Assembly: GCA_963743635.1 (NCBI GenBank)
Contig: CAVUQO010000002.1
Span: 64,001 to 128,000, forward strand
Direction: 5' to 3'
Source of the DNA: Candidatus Babeliales bacterium
GTDB lineage: Bacteria; Babelota; Babeliae; Babelales; Vermiphilaceae
Length of the DNA stretch: 64,000 bases
Under the pieces are notes generated by a model. It saw only the letters and a program-made list of their open reading frames with translations. It was not told where the DNA came from and did not search any database. Position numbers and translations under genes: made by a program. Below are positions 49,104-58,728 of the stretch, piece after piece; positions within the stretch are counted from its first letter, which is position 1, and the number at the start of each line of letters is the position of its first letter.

Positions 49104-50927
49104 ATGGAGAGAAATAAAATCATAGCAGTTGCGGTATTGGCGATTGGCATTATTGCATGGCGCATGGGGGCGATGGAGCAGGAGGGTATTCCAGCAGGCA
49201 TGATTAGGGTGACTTGTAATGATAGCGCAGCGTTGAATGTGCCTATCAATAGAGCACGGCTTTTTGATTTTTTTAATGCGATGTTGAGTGCGGAATGGAG
49301 AGAACAGCAGGTAAGGGCGGTAAATTTACCATTAATAAGTAGTGACCTTTTTCAAGAGCTGCTGAACGATCTGGATTGGGTAGAGCAAGTGCGAGCTCAG
49401 CAACAAGCAAATGAGACGGAGCAACAGGCGGCAAGAAGAATAGTGCAAACTATGCCGGCGGTTGCGTTTGATAGAGATAGGTTAGAGTCATTAATAGCGC
49501 AATTACAAGCCGCCGATTTTTTACAGCAAGCATCATTGCTAGAGCTCTATGCGCATCAGATAGCAGATATGATCATATCACGTGCATCGATGGGACTGCT
49601 AAGTCAAGGCGATCAGGAATATGGCGCATTGATAACTAATTTGTTCCCTCATTTGAAAGAGCAGATTGCGAAAAATATGCCAAAAGTAGCAATATGGATT
49701 GAGCAATATACGGTTCAGCATAATAGTTCGGTTGGCTCAGTAGCGATATCAGCAGATGGCAATAAGGTGGTGACCGGATCTTTAGATCATACGGCAAAGA
49801 TAGTGGTATGGGATGGCAATGCATGGATTGAGCAGCATGTGATTGCGCATAATAGCCCGGTTTACTCAGTAGCGATATCAGCAGATGGCAATAGAGTGGT
49901 GACGGGATCTGATGATAGGACGGCAAGGATAGTAGCATGGGATGGCAATGCATGGACTGAGCAGCATACGATTCGTCATAATGATTGGGTTCACTCAGTA
50001 GCGATATCGGCAGATGGCAATAAAGTGGTGACGGGATATAGGGATAATACGGCAAAGATATTTGCATGGAATGGCAATGCATGGATTGAGCAGTATACGA
50101 TTAGGCATAATAGTTCGGTTTACTCAGTAGCGATATCGGCAGATGGCAATAAAGTGGTGACGGGATCTTTCGATAATACGGCAAAGATAGTTGCATGGGA
50201 TGGCAATGCATGGCTTGATCAGTATACGATTCGTCATAATGAGGGGAAGGTTTTATCAGTAGCGATATCAGCAGATGGCAATAGGGTGGTGAGCGGATCT
50301 TTAGATCATACGGCAAGGATAGTTGCATGGAATGGCAATGCATGGGTTGAGCAGTATACGATTCGTCATAATAATTGGGTTTTATCAGTAGCGATATCAG
50401 CAGATGGCAATAGGGTAGTGACGGGATCTGATGGTAATACGGCAAAGATAGTGGTATGGAATGGTAATGCATGGATTGAGCAGCATACGATTGCGCATAA
50501 TGACGCAGTTAAATCAGTAGCGATATCAGCAGATGGCAATAGGATAGTGACGGGATCTGATGATAGGACGGCAAGGATAGTAGCATGGGATGGCAATGCA
50601 TGGACTGAGCAGCATACGATTCGTCATAATGATTGGGTTTGGTCAGTAGCGATATCAGCAGATGGCAATAAGGTGGTGACCGGATCTCGAGATAATACGG
50701 CAAAGATAGTGGGGCGTATATCAAGATCATTACCAGGAATATCTGATTTTGATACCTTGTTATTTGAACATCTATTGCTGTGGGCAAAAAGAAGTGGGCA
50801 CAAAATATCTAAATCCGGCTGGGCAGGAGATATATTGCGCAGTATTCAATGGCGTGCTGTAGAGTCAGTTGCGAAAAAAGAATTGCAGAAAATGATTCGA
50901 GAAACAATGCAGCATGCAGTGCGATAG
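49104..50927 (+). CDS. Secreted BTB/SKP1-like + 8xWD40 repeat protein
   Basis: Close paralog of 47104..48951. Confidence 0.85.
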   Translation: MERNKIIAVAVLAIGIIAWRMGAMEQEGIPAGMIRVTCNDSAALNVPINRARLFDFFNAMLSAEWREQQVRAVNLPLISSDLFQELLNDLDWVEQVRAQQQANETEQQAARRIVQTMPAVAFDRDRLESLIAQLQAADFLQQASLLELYAHQIADMIISRASMGLLSQGDQEYGALITNLFPHLKEQIAKNMPKVAIWIEQYTVQHNSSVGSVAISADGNKVVTGSLDHTAKIVVWDGNAWIEQHVIAHNSPVYSVAISADGNRVVTGSDDRTARIVAWDGNAWTEQHTIRHNDWVHSVAISADGNKVVTGYRDNTAKIFAWNGNAWIEQYTIRHNSSVYSVAISADGNKVVTGSFDNTAKIVAWDGNAWLDQYTIRHNEGKVLSVAISADGNRVVSGSLDHTARIVAWNGNAWVEQYTIRHNNWVLSVAISADGNRVVTGSDGNTAKIVVWNGNAWIEQHTIAHNDAVKSVAISADGNRIVTGSDDRTARIVAWDGNAWTEQHTIRHNDWVWSVAISADGNKVVTGSRDNTAKIVGRISRSLPGISDFDTLLFEHLLLWAKRSGHKISKSGWAGDILRSIQWRAVESVAKKELQKMIRETMQHAVR

Positions 50928-51077
50928 CGGTAGCCGCAGAATAAAATGAAATATGGCCTCGGGAGATACTCCCGGGGCTTTTTGATTCTTCATTGTTTTT
51001 GCATCGATGATTTTGCAAGAATAAATGATGTAAGATATGACTATAGGATTCATATCAGATTTTAAAAAGGGGGAAAG

Positions 51078-51737
51078 ATGGAGAGAAATAAAATCATAAC
51101 GATTGCGGTGCTGGTGGTTGGCATTATTGCATGGCGCATGGGGGCGATGGAGCCGCAGCGATATAGGCGTATGTCTGATCTTGGCTTCGTGTTAGGAATA
51201 AATCCCGAATTTATGAATCTTCCATATGAATTGAAAAATCAAGTTCAAGCGTTCGGTAATAACGTACGAGTACTCGATGTCGGAGCTGGTGATGGGACTA
51301 TTACCAAGAAAATGATTAATGAGTTTGGCATTAATCATGTATGTGCTTTGGAACCAGGTTCAGAGTATGATGTGGCTTCATTGAGACAAAATCTTCCGCA
51401 GAATGCCTGTATTATTCCCAAAACATTGCAAGATGCTGTTATATCAGAGCCAAACTTTGCCTCTAGTTTTGATGTTGTGACTGTCTTTAAATACAATATT
51501 TCTTTGAATGAAAAAAAAGAATTCATAAAAGCTTTAGCTGAAACCGTTAAGCCATCGGGCAAGGTTTTTATGACTTCAGTAGAACCGGAACGATTCCATG
51601 AACCTAGCAATGTTTGGGATAAGCCTTTGTATTTAATAGATGATTTACAAGAATACTTCATCATTGATTCCATAGAAAGAATAGAGCAACGAGAAGGACG
51701 GTACGATTTTTTGATTATGCATCCAAAGCAACGCTGA
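51078..51737 (+). CDS. Secreted class I SAM methyltransferase carrying the WD40-family leader
   Basis: MERNKII...AWRMGAM leader; VLDVGAGDG, FDVV and VKPSG motifs. Confidence 0.8.
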   Translation: MERNKIITIAVLVVGIIAWRMGAMEPQRYRRMSDLGFVLGINPEFMNLPYELKNQVQAFGNNVRVLDVGAGDGTITKKMINEFGINHVCALEPGSEYDVASLRQNLPQNACIIPKTLQDAVISEPNFASSFDVVTVFKYNISLNEKKEFIKALAETVKPSGKVFMTSVEPERFHEPSNVWDKPLYLIDDLQEYFIIDSIERIEQREGRYDFLIMHPKQR

Positions 51738-51841
51738 GCTTTGCCCCAAGAAAACGAGTCGGAGAATAGTTGTTTATTGCCCTCGGCATGTAATCTATAT
51801 TGAAGCGAAAAGTCTAACCACGCAGCAGCATAATAACTTTC

Positions 51842-51872
51842 GGGCTCCGGATGCACATCAGGAGCCCTTTTT
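51842..51872 (+). terminator. Rho-independent terminator upstream of leuS
   Basis: gggctccggatg-ca-catcaggagccc followed by T run. Confidence 0.65.
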
Positions 51873-51943
51873 TGACGGAGAGAGCGAAAAAAAGTACCAT
51901 AAATATATCCTAAAATCCCTTTAAGTCACGCGAGTAAAAACCC

Positions 51944-54392
51944 ATGAAATACGAAGTTGCTCAGATAGAAGGCAAATGGCAGAAGCGTTGGAAAGATAAT
52001 CCGGTTGCAAAGGCACGCAAAGCCGGCAATGGTAAGAAATACTATTGCCTGGACATGTTCCCGTATCCATCAGGTTCGGGCCTGCATGTGGGCCACTGGC
52101 GCGGTTACGTTTTATCCGATCTCTATGCACGTATGAAATGGCTCGAGGGGTACAATGTACTCCATCCAATGGGTTGGGATGCGTTCGGGTTGCCGGCTGA
52201 AAATGCGGCAATCAAATTGGGTATTCACCCACGGGAAAGCACTGAAAAAAATATTGCCGTCTTCAAGCGTCAGCTTGAGCAGTTGGCTGCAATTTATGAC
52301 TGGTACAAAGAGGTTGATACTACCGATCCTGAAGTATTATAAATGGACGCAGTGGATCTTCTTACAAATGTATAAAGCGGGCCTTGCATACGAAGATTTT
52401 ATGCCGATCAATTGGTGCCCATCATGTTTGACTGGTCTTGCAAATGAAGAAGTAGTCAACGGGAAATGTGATCGTTGCGGCTCAGCCGTTGAAGAAAACA
52501 CCATTCGCCAATGGGTGCTCAGAATTACTGATTACGCACAAAAATTACTCGATGGCCTCGATACGCTCGAATGGTCTGAAAAAATTAAATTAATGCAACG
52601 CAATTGGATTGGCCGTAGCGAAGGGCTTGTCTTTACCGCACCGGTGAAAGATACCGATTTAACCATTCAAACATTCTCTGCGCACTTTGAAGCATTCTGC
52701 GCTGATACGTTCGTCGTGATCGCGCCTGATCATGCATTCTTGCCGACCTTACTTGAAGGCGTGCCGAATAAAGATGAGATTCTTGCCTTCTGTAAACAGC
52801 TCGTCGATAAACGCATTGAACGTGGCTTTGAAGAAGAAAAAGAAAGCGAAGGCATTTTCACGGGCCGTTATATCGTAGATCCAATTGGCAATGGCGATTT
52901 ACCAATTTGGATTGCGAGCTTTGCGCTTGCGCATTATGGCACCGGGATTGTAAAATGCTCAGCGCATGATACGCGCGATTTTGCATTCGCTAAAAAATAT
53001 AACATTCCATTAAAAGCAGTATTGCTTCCGGAAGATCCTGCGCTTGCTGAACGCGTTAAAAACTTTGAAGTTTGCTATACCGATATGGAAAAAGGCATTC
53101 TGGCCGAACCGGCGCCCTTTGCGGGAAAACGCGCAGGAGATTGCCGCGAATTAATTATCGAATATTGCGAACAAAAAGGGTATGCGCAGCGTAAAACGAG
53201 TTATCGTTTGCGTGATTGGATATTCTCTCGTCAGCGTTATTGGGGTGAGCCGATTCCATTGATTCATTGTGCGGCATGTGGCGTAGTTCCCGTGCCTGAA
53301 GATCAATTGCCGATAAAATTACCTGATGTTGAGCGCTATCAACCGACGGGCACTGGCGAATCACCGCTTGCTGCTATTCATGATTGGGTTAATACAACGT
53401 GTCCACAATGCGGTGGTGATGCAAGGCGTGAAACGAACACCATGCCGCAATGGGCTGGTTCATGCTGGTATTTCTTGCGTTATCCAAATCCTGATTTGAA
53501 AGATAAGCCATGGGATGCTGAAGATATGAAATACTGGATGCCTGTTGATCTTTATGTCGGCGGTATTGAGCATGCAATTTTACATTTACTCTATGCGCGC
53601 TTCTATGTAAAAGTGCTTTATGATCTTGGCCATCTTCCGTTTAACGAGCCATTCTCTCATTTATTTAACCAAGGCATGGTTTTAAAATATTCAGAAAAAT
53701 CGGGCTTGGTAGAAAAAATGTCTAAATCTCAAGGTAACGTTGTCAATCCTGACGACATTGTCCGCACCTATGGATCAGACGTCTTGCGCGCCTATATCAT
53801 GTTTATGGGGCCTCCTGAGCTTGATTGCGAATGGCAAGATACTGGGCTTGAAGGTATCAAGCGCTTTTTGAATAAAGTGTGGAATTTTGCGACCAATCAA
53901 TCATTAGTGCTGCCAGACACTGAGCAAGAAGATATGGTTGTAACGAAACGAGTGCATAAATTTGTGCACGATTTTCAAGATCGCATGCGTTATTTCAAGC
54001 CAAACACGGCAATTTCTGCGGCGATGGAACTCTTCAATGATATCCAAGCCGATTCAATGCGGCTGAGTAAGGCGTCGCTTGAAAAAGTGCTTATTACACT
54101 TTCTATTTTTGTACCGCATATTGCGAGCGAACTACTGGAACAAATCATTGGTAAACAATTAGCCGATTGTTCATGGCCAACGTATGATGAGGCATTGCTT
54201 GTGCAAGATACGGTAACGTATGTGGTGCAGGTCAATGGTAAGTTGCGCGCAAGTCTTATTGCGAACGTGGTTGCGGAACAAGATATCGTGGAACGTGAAG
54301 CGGCTAAGCTGATTGATAAATGGCTTGAGGGCAAAGAGATTGTGAAGGTCATCTTCGTTCACGGTCGTTTGGTAAATTTCGTCATTAGATAA
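51944..54392 (+). CDS. leuS: Leucine--tRNA ligase; +1 frameshift near 52333
   Basis: [37 protein letters not shown] and KMSKS motifs; the two ORFs join at TTDPE-YYKWTQ. Confidence 0.95.
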
Positions 54393-54408
54393 AAACGAAA
54401 GGTTCAAA

Positions 54409-54903
54409 ATGAAACGTATTATTGCATCATTAATACTTCTACCGAGCGCGCTTGAAGCGGGGCTTGGTTGGTCGCAACCACCACTTGAGGTCAAAAGTGT
54501 TATGCTAGCGGTTGATTTGTTCAATAAAGGAGCTGGCGATGCTGTTTTTTCAGCAGTATTAAAATATACGCTAGATGATCAAGGCACACCCAGCCCTGTC
54601 CAAAGGACAGCCAATGCAATCACGCAGAATAATCCAGTTAAGGATCTGTTGTATGCATGTAATGTAACGGGCGGTCTGACAAAAGTATCTGATGGTAAGG
54701 CAAGCCTTGAGTATGAAGTAACGAAAACTAAAGCTGGTGAAGAACCTATCGTTTTATTGGCAAAAAAAACTGTAGAGCTTACCTTATTGCGCAAGGCCAT
54801 GACGCGCCATGAAGAAGAAATTCAAAACGCTGGTCATCCGTTCTTATTGCACATAGATGTTTATCACTCGGATGAGAAGATTACTTGGAGCCCGGGTGAA
54901 TAA
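54409..54903 (+). CDS. Secreted hypothetical protein
   Basis: Signal peptide MKRIIASLILLPSALEA. Confidence 0.6.
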   Translation: MKRIIASLILLPSALEAGLGWSQPPLEVKSVMLAVDLFNKGAGDAVFSAVLKYTLDDQGTPSPVQRTANAITQNNPVKDLLYACNVTGGLTKVSDGKASLEYEVTKTKAGEEPIVLLAKKTVELTLLRKAMTRHEEEIQNAGHPFLLHIDVYHSDEKITWSPGE

Positions 54904-54973
54904 GTCATGCAAGGATTTAATACAATCCTTGGTAGTAAGATAAAGTATAAAAACGACCTTAATAATAATTGAA

Positions 54974-55005
54974 TGCGCTCAACGGGGTTTTCCCCCGTTG
55001 GGCGC
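54974..55005. terminator. Hairpin between convergent genes
   Basis: gcgctcaacgggg-tttt-ccccgttgggcgc. Confidence 0.65.
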
Positions 55006-55006
55006 T

Positions 55007-55414
55007 TCATCGCTCTGCATGAATTTCGAGTTTACCTTTGCTATTTCTGCAAATAATAAAGGTATCTCGATTTTGCACATTATACTTTGGCAGAATAGCT
55101 TGGTCATGGTTTTCGCCATCAAATACACGAATGCTGCCAGGGATAACGCGACGTGAGCTGAGTGGATCGCCGGTGAGTATGATGGTTTTGAATTCGTGGG
55201 GATTAAGCGTATTTTTAACGCTATTTGCTAGTTGTTTTGAGCGCACCTTTATTCTTTTCTTTGGTTGCACAATCTGTTGCACGACCTGCGTATATTCGGT
55301 TATAATTTCGACCGGATAATCGGTCATGTTGCGATAGGTATGATCGGCCCATTTATCGTGCGTTGCTCGTGAGGCAGTATGAATCAATACTAAGCCAATG
55401 ATGAGTTTTTTCAT
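55007..55414 (-). CDS. Small secreted beta-rich protein (paralog pair)
   Basis: Signal peptide; TYRN.TD..V.I and C-terminal TF.I....GKL.I resemble 55411..55809. Confidence 0.6.
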   Translation of the reverse strand: MKKLIIGLVLIHTASRATHDKWADHTYRNMTDYPVEIITEYTQVVQQIVQPKKRIKVRSKQLANSVKNTLNPHEFKTIILTGDPLSSRRVIPGSIRVFDGENHDQAILPKYNVQNRDTFIICRNSKGKLEIHAER

Positions 55415-55809
55415 GATAATTTCCTTGATGAGCTGGTAATGGTGAGAGAGTTGTTATCGTCATATACAATCGTATAGTCGTTATTCTTTTGCAAGTCTTT
55501 GTAAGTTAATGCGGTCCACTCGTTTCTGCGGCGGGTATTGGTTGCCATCAAATAACAAAATTCAAGATCTTCAAACATTGTTGCGCGTAGGGTAATGGTT
55601 GCTGATCTTCCAGGTTTTATATAAGTGGTATATTTGCGCATGCGGTTTTCATAGCGAATGCCATTTTTTACGTGTTTATACCGCTTATACCATAAGGTGA
55701 CGCGTATCTTTTTATCCGCATCATTGTGAAAGGTGCGTGGTGTATCTACATGCGCTGCGAGGGAAGAGAATGCGCACGCCAGGATAAGCATGAAAGGACG
55801 ATAGTGCAT
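55411..55809 (-). CDS. Small secreted beta-rich protein (paralog pair)
   Basis: Signal peptide; TFHN.AD..I.V; stop overlaps start of the next gene. Confidence 0.6.
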   Translation of the reverse strand: MHYRPFMLILACAFSSLAAHVDTPRTFHNDADKKIRVTLWYKRYKHVKNGIRYENRMRKYTTYIKPGRSATITLRATMFEDLEFCYLMATNTRRRNEWTALTYKDLQKNNDYTIVYDDNNSLTITSSSRKLS

Positions 55810-55984
55810 AATGAAGCCTTATGGTTATTGTGTGATTTGTGTTCTTATGTCGAGCCACCTTTATTGAGGGTAATCATAGTTGATTAAAACTATTTTTTTC
55901 AAGATTTTTGAACGAAGATTCTGATTTTCTTGTGTAGTCGAAGATTCATACGCTATGGTGAATTTCAGACTCAAGGAGAGCACG

Positions 55985-56689
55985 GTGAAAAAAAGAGTGT
56001 GTATTGGCGCATTGATTTTTGCAGCATGGGCATTCAATGGAGATGGGGCATCGATGGCAAAAAATAAATTAGAAGTATATCGCAAACGAAGAAATCTTAA
56101 GGTTTCTCCAGAGCCAGTCGGTACTGTTAAGAAAACTCGTGGAAAAAAAGCGATCTTTGTAATTCAAAAGCATGCGGCCCGAGCATTGCACTATGATGTG
56201 CGGCTTGAAATCGATGGGGTGCTTGTTTCATGGGCAGTGCCAAAGGGCCCGTCAATGAATCCGCGCGTGAAGCATTTAGCAGTTCGTACCGATGATCATC
56301 CGATGGAATATGCGAAATTTGAGGGCGTAATTCCCGAAGGGTCGTATGGTGCTGGCACGGTAATGGTTTGGGATATTGGAACCTATAAAAATATAAAAAC
56401 CACTGATGATGGTGAGTTGGTACCGATGAAAGAATGTCTCAAGCAAGGCCGCGTAGAAGTCTTTCTGAAGGGAAAGAAACTTGAAGGCGGTTACGCATTG
56501 ATAAAGACTGCGCTCAGAGGCGGTGAGCAGTGGCTCCTTATAAAAATGCGTGATGAATATGCTGACGCGCGCAGAAATCCGGTCAGTAGCGAACAAAAAT
56601 CAGCTTTAACTGATCGCACCATGACTGAAATTAAGCAGGATGAGGGAAAACAGACGCGCAAAAGAAAGGTTCCTTCATGTCGATGTTAA
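55985..56689 (+). CDS. LigD 3'-phosphoesterase domain, stand-alone
   Basis: FVIQKHAARALHYDVRLE, SWAVPKGPS, DH and YGAGTVMVWD motifs; RBS aaggag before GTG 55985. Confidence 0.92.
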   Translation: MKKRVCIGALIFAAWAFNGDGASMAKNKLEVYRKRRNLKVSPEPVGTVKKTRGKKAIFVIQKHAARALHYDVRLEIDGVLVSWAVPKGPSMNPRVKHLAVRTDDHPMEYAKFEGVIPEGSYGAGTVMVWDIGTYKNIKTTDDGELVPMKECLKQGRVEVFLKGKKLEGGYALIKTALRGGEQWLLIKMRDEYADARRNPVSSEQKSALTDRTMTEIKQDEGKQTRKRKVPSCRC

Positions 56690-57606
56690 AAGTAGGAAAA
56701 TACAACATAGAGATTACTAACAGTGCTAAAGAAATTTTTCCGCTCTCTCATATCACAAAGGGTGAGATTGTTAATTATTATGTGCGCATCGCAGATACTA
56801 TGGTTCCCCATATGAAAAATCGTTTAATATCGATGCAGCGATTTCCAAACGGTATTAATCATGAGAGCTTTTTTCAGAAAAATATCGGTGATTATTTTCC
56901 AGCATGGATCAAAAATGTTTCCGTTAAAAAACAAACTGAGGGTGTAGTGCACTATGCGGTTTGTAATGATGCAGCAACACTCGTGTACCTTGCCAATCAA
57001 CTCTGTTTAACGCCACATATTTGGCTGAGTAAAGCTGATAAGCTTGATTATCCTGATCGCATGATTTTTGATCTTGATCCTGCGACTGCGCACGATGTAA
57101 CCACAAAAAAGGATTTTGACTCGGTAAGAAAAACTGCCTTTTTGATTAAAGAGGCGCTTGAGCAATTGGACTTGATTCCTTTTGTGATGACGACCGGTTC
57201 AAGAGGCGTACACGTAGTGGTACCCATTAAACGGCAATATACCTTTGATGAAGTGCGTGATTTCGCACGCGATATTGCACAGCTCTTAGTGAATGAATAT
57301 CCCAAGGAATTAACGCTCGAAGTTCGCAAGGAAAAACGAAGAGGCCGCATATTTATGGATGTATTACGCAATGCATTTGGGCAGACCGGTGTTGCTCCTT
57401 ATGCTATTCGTGCGCGAGAAGGAGCACCTATTGCAACTCCCATCACATGGCAAGAATTGAAGAGTCCAACAATGCATGCGCAACGCTACACCATAAAAAC
57501 AATATTCAGGCGCCTTACGCAAAGGGGTGATCCATGGAAAGAAATAGATGCATCAGCGCAATCGATAACGCAAGCGCGTAAAAAACTGAGTAAATTAGCG
57601 CCATAG
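56677..57606 (+). CDS. LigD polymerase (primase-like) domain, stand-alone
   Basis: RFPNGI, FFQKN, FDLDP, TTGSRGVHV, D.LRN and APYAIRAR motifs. Confidence 0.92.
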   Translation: MSMLKVGKYNIEITNSAKEIFPLSHITKGEIVNYYVRIADTMVPHMKNRLISMQRFPNGINHESFFQKNIGDYFPAWIKNVSVKKQTEGVVHYAVCNDAATLVYLANQLCLTPHIWLSKADKLDYPDRMIFDLDPATAHDVTTKKDFDSVRKTAFLIKEALEQLDLIPFVMTTGSRGVHVVVPIKRQYTFDEVRDFARDIAQLLVNEYPKELTLEVRKEKRRGRIFMDVLRNAFGQTGVAPYAIRAREGAPIATPITWQELKSPTMHAQRYTIKTIFRRLTQRGDPWKEIDASAQSITQARKKLSKLAP

Positions 57607-57678
57607 TGGTTAAAAATGTGTCTAATCTTGACCAGGGCGCTGTGAGGGTGATAGTTTTTTAGCAAAAAAGGATTAAGT

Positions 57679-58719
57679 GTGAATATAGTTTCTATTGTAA
57701 GTCATAGTATGTATCGTCTCAGCCTGTTGCTGCTGACCATTTTTCTTACTGGTTGTATCTGGTATGCGGGTTTCTATAATCGTCCTGCGTGCGATGCAAT
57801 ACCAAATTTAAAAGCAGTAACTCCCGCTTTATATCGGGAATGGGCGAAAAGTTCGAATATAGTTAAAACGGGTATCTATATTACGAATTTTTCCATGGTG
57901 AATATGGCGGAAAATCAATTTTTAATGGATGCATACATATGGTTAAAATTCAATCCTTTGACACTTTCCCTTGATACGGTAAGCCAATTTAGCTTTGATA
58001 AGGGGCGAATGAATGCAAAGGATCTGATAGATGCAAAAAAACTTAATGATGATTTACAAGTGCGATATCGCGTACAGGTTGAGTTTGTGAGTGTACTTAA
58101 TTATAAGTATTATCCTTTTGATAGTCATCGTCTTTATATGGTACTGAGAAGTGATGGCGTTTCTCCCCGAGAAATACTTTTAACGACTGATTATACGAGT
58201 ACTTGGTTTTGCCGTGATGCATTATCTTACAATTGGACATACGATGAACCGGCAACCGATTATGGATTTTTGGAAATGCAGCTCGATTCGCGACAGCCAA
58301 GCAAGGTAGATATGGTGCCAGCATCCGCGATATATTTTGATTTTTCTCGCAAAGATTTTCAAGATGCGATATCTATTTTTCTACCTCTTATGTGCTTAAT
58401 GTTGTTAATGCTGGGTTCGTTTTTGATTGCATTTACTCCTGCGCAAGCAGTGGGTTTTTCTGTGGTGGGCATTCTAAGTGCCATTGTGTATAGAATAATC
58501 ATTAATGGGATGAGTCCCAAAGTGGTATATTATATGCTCAGTGATCTAGGATTTATATTCGTATTTTTATGTGCATGTATGATATGCATTTTTCATAGTA
58601 TAAATGCATGGTATAAAGATGAAGAAAAAGTAAATCTTGAGCTGCTGCGGGGCGGGGAACTTACGATTTCGAGTATCGTATTTCTTGTTGGATGGTTTTT
58701 TATATTATGTGTATGGTAA
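57679..58719 (+). CDS. Prokaryotic pentameric ligand-gated ion channel homolog (copy 2)
   Basis: VKTGIYI...AYIWLKF, YYPFDSHRL pro-loop, FLP at M1, four C-terminal TMs plus N-terminal TM. Confidence 0.75.
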   Translation: MNIVSIVSHSMYRLSLLLLTIFLTGCIWYAGFYNRPACDAIPNLKAVTPALYREWAKSSNIVKTGIYITNFSMVNMAENQFLMDAYIWLKFNPLTLSLDTVSQFSFDKGRMNAKDLIDAKKLNDDLQVRYRVQVEFVSVLNYKYYPFDSHRLYMVLRSDGVSPREILLTTDYTSTWFCRDALSYNWTYDEPATDYGFLEMQLDSRQPSKVDMVPASAIYFDFSRKDFQDAISIFLPLMCLMLLMLGSFLIAFTPAQAVGFSVVGILSAIVYRIIINGMSPKVVYYMLSDLGFIFVFLCACMICIFHSINAWYKDEEKVNLELLRGGELTISSIVFLVGWFFILCVW

Positions 58720-58728
58720 GGAAATTGA

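Noticed and set aside
47705..50710. Regularly spaced near-identical repeats as a CRISPR array or DGR template/variable pair
   Set aside because: They are in-frame 129-bp WD40 coding repeats with no unique spacers; no cas or reverse transcriptase gene is in the window.
51790..51943. T-box or attenuator leader upstream of leuS
   Set aside because: A terminator hairpin is present, but no T-box motif (TGGNACC) or Leu-rich leader peptide; more simply the terminator of the upstream gene.
52320..52345. Programmed frameshift or natural alpha/beta split of leuS
   Set aside because: A single extra base restores TTDPEYYKWTQ; there is no slippery heptamer or RBS/start for a second subunit, and similar indels occur in other genes.
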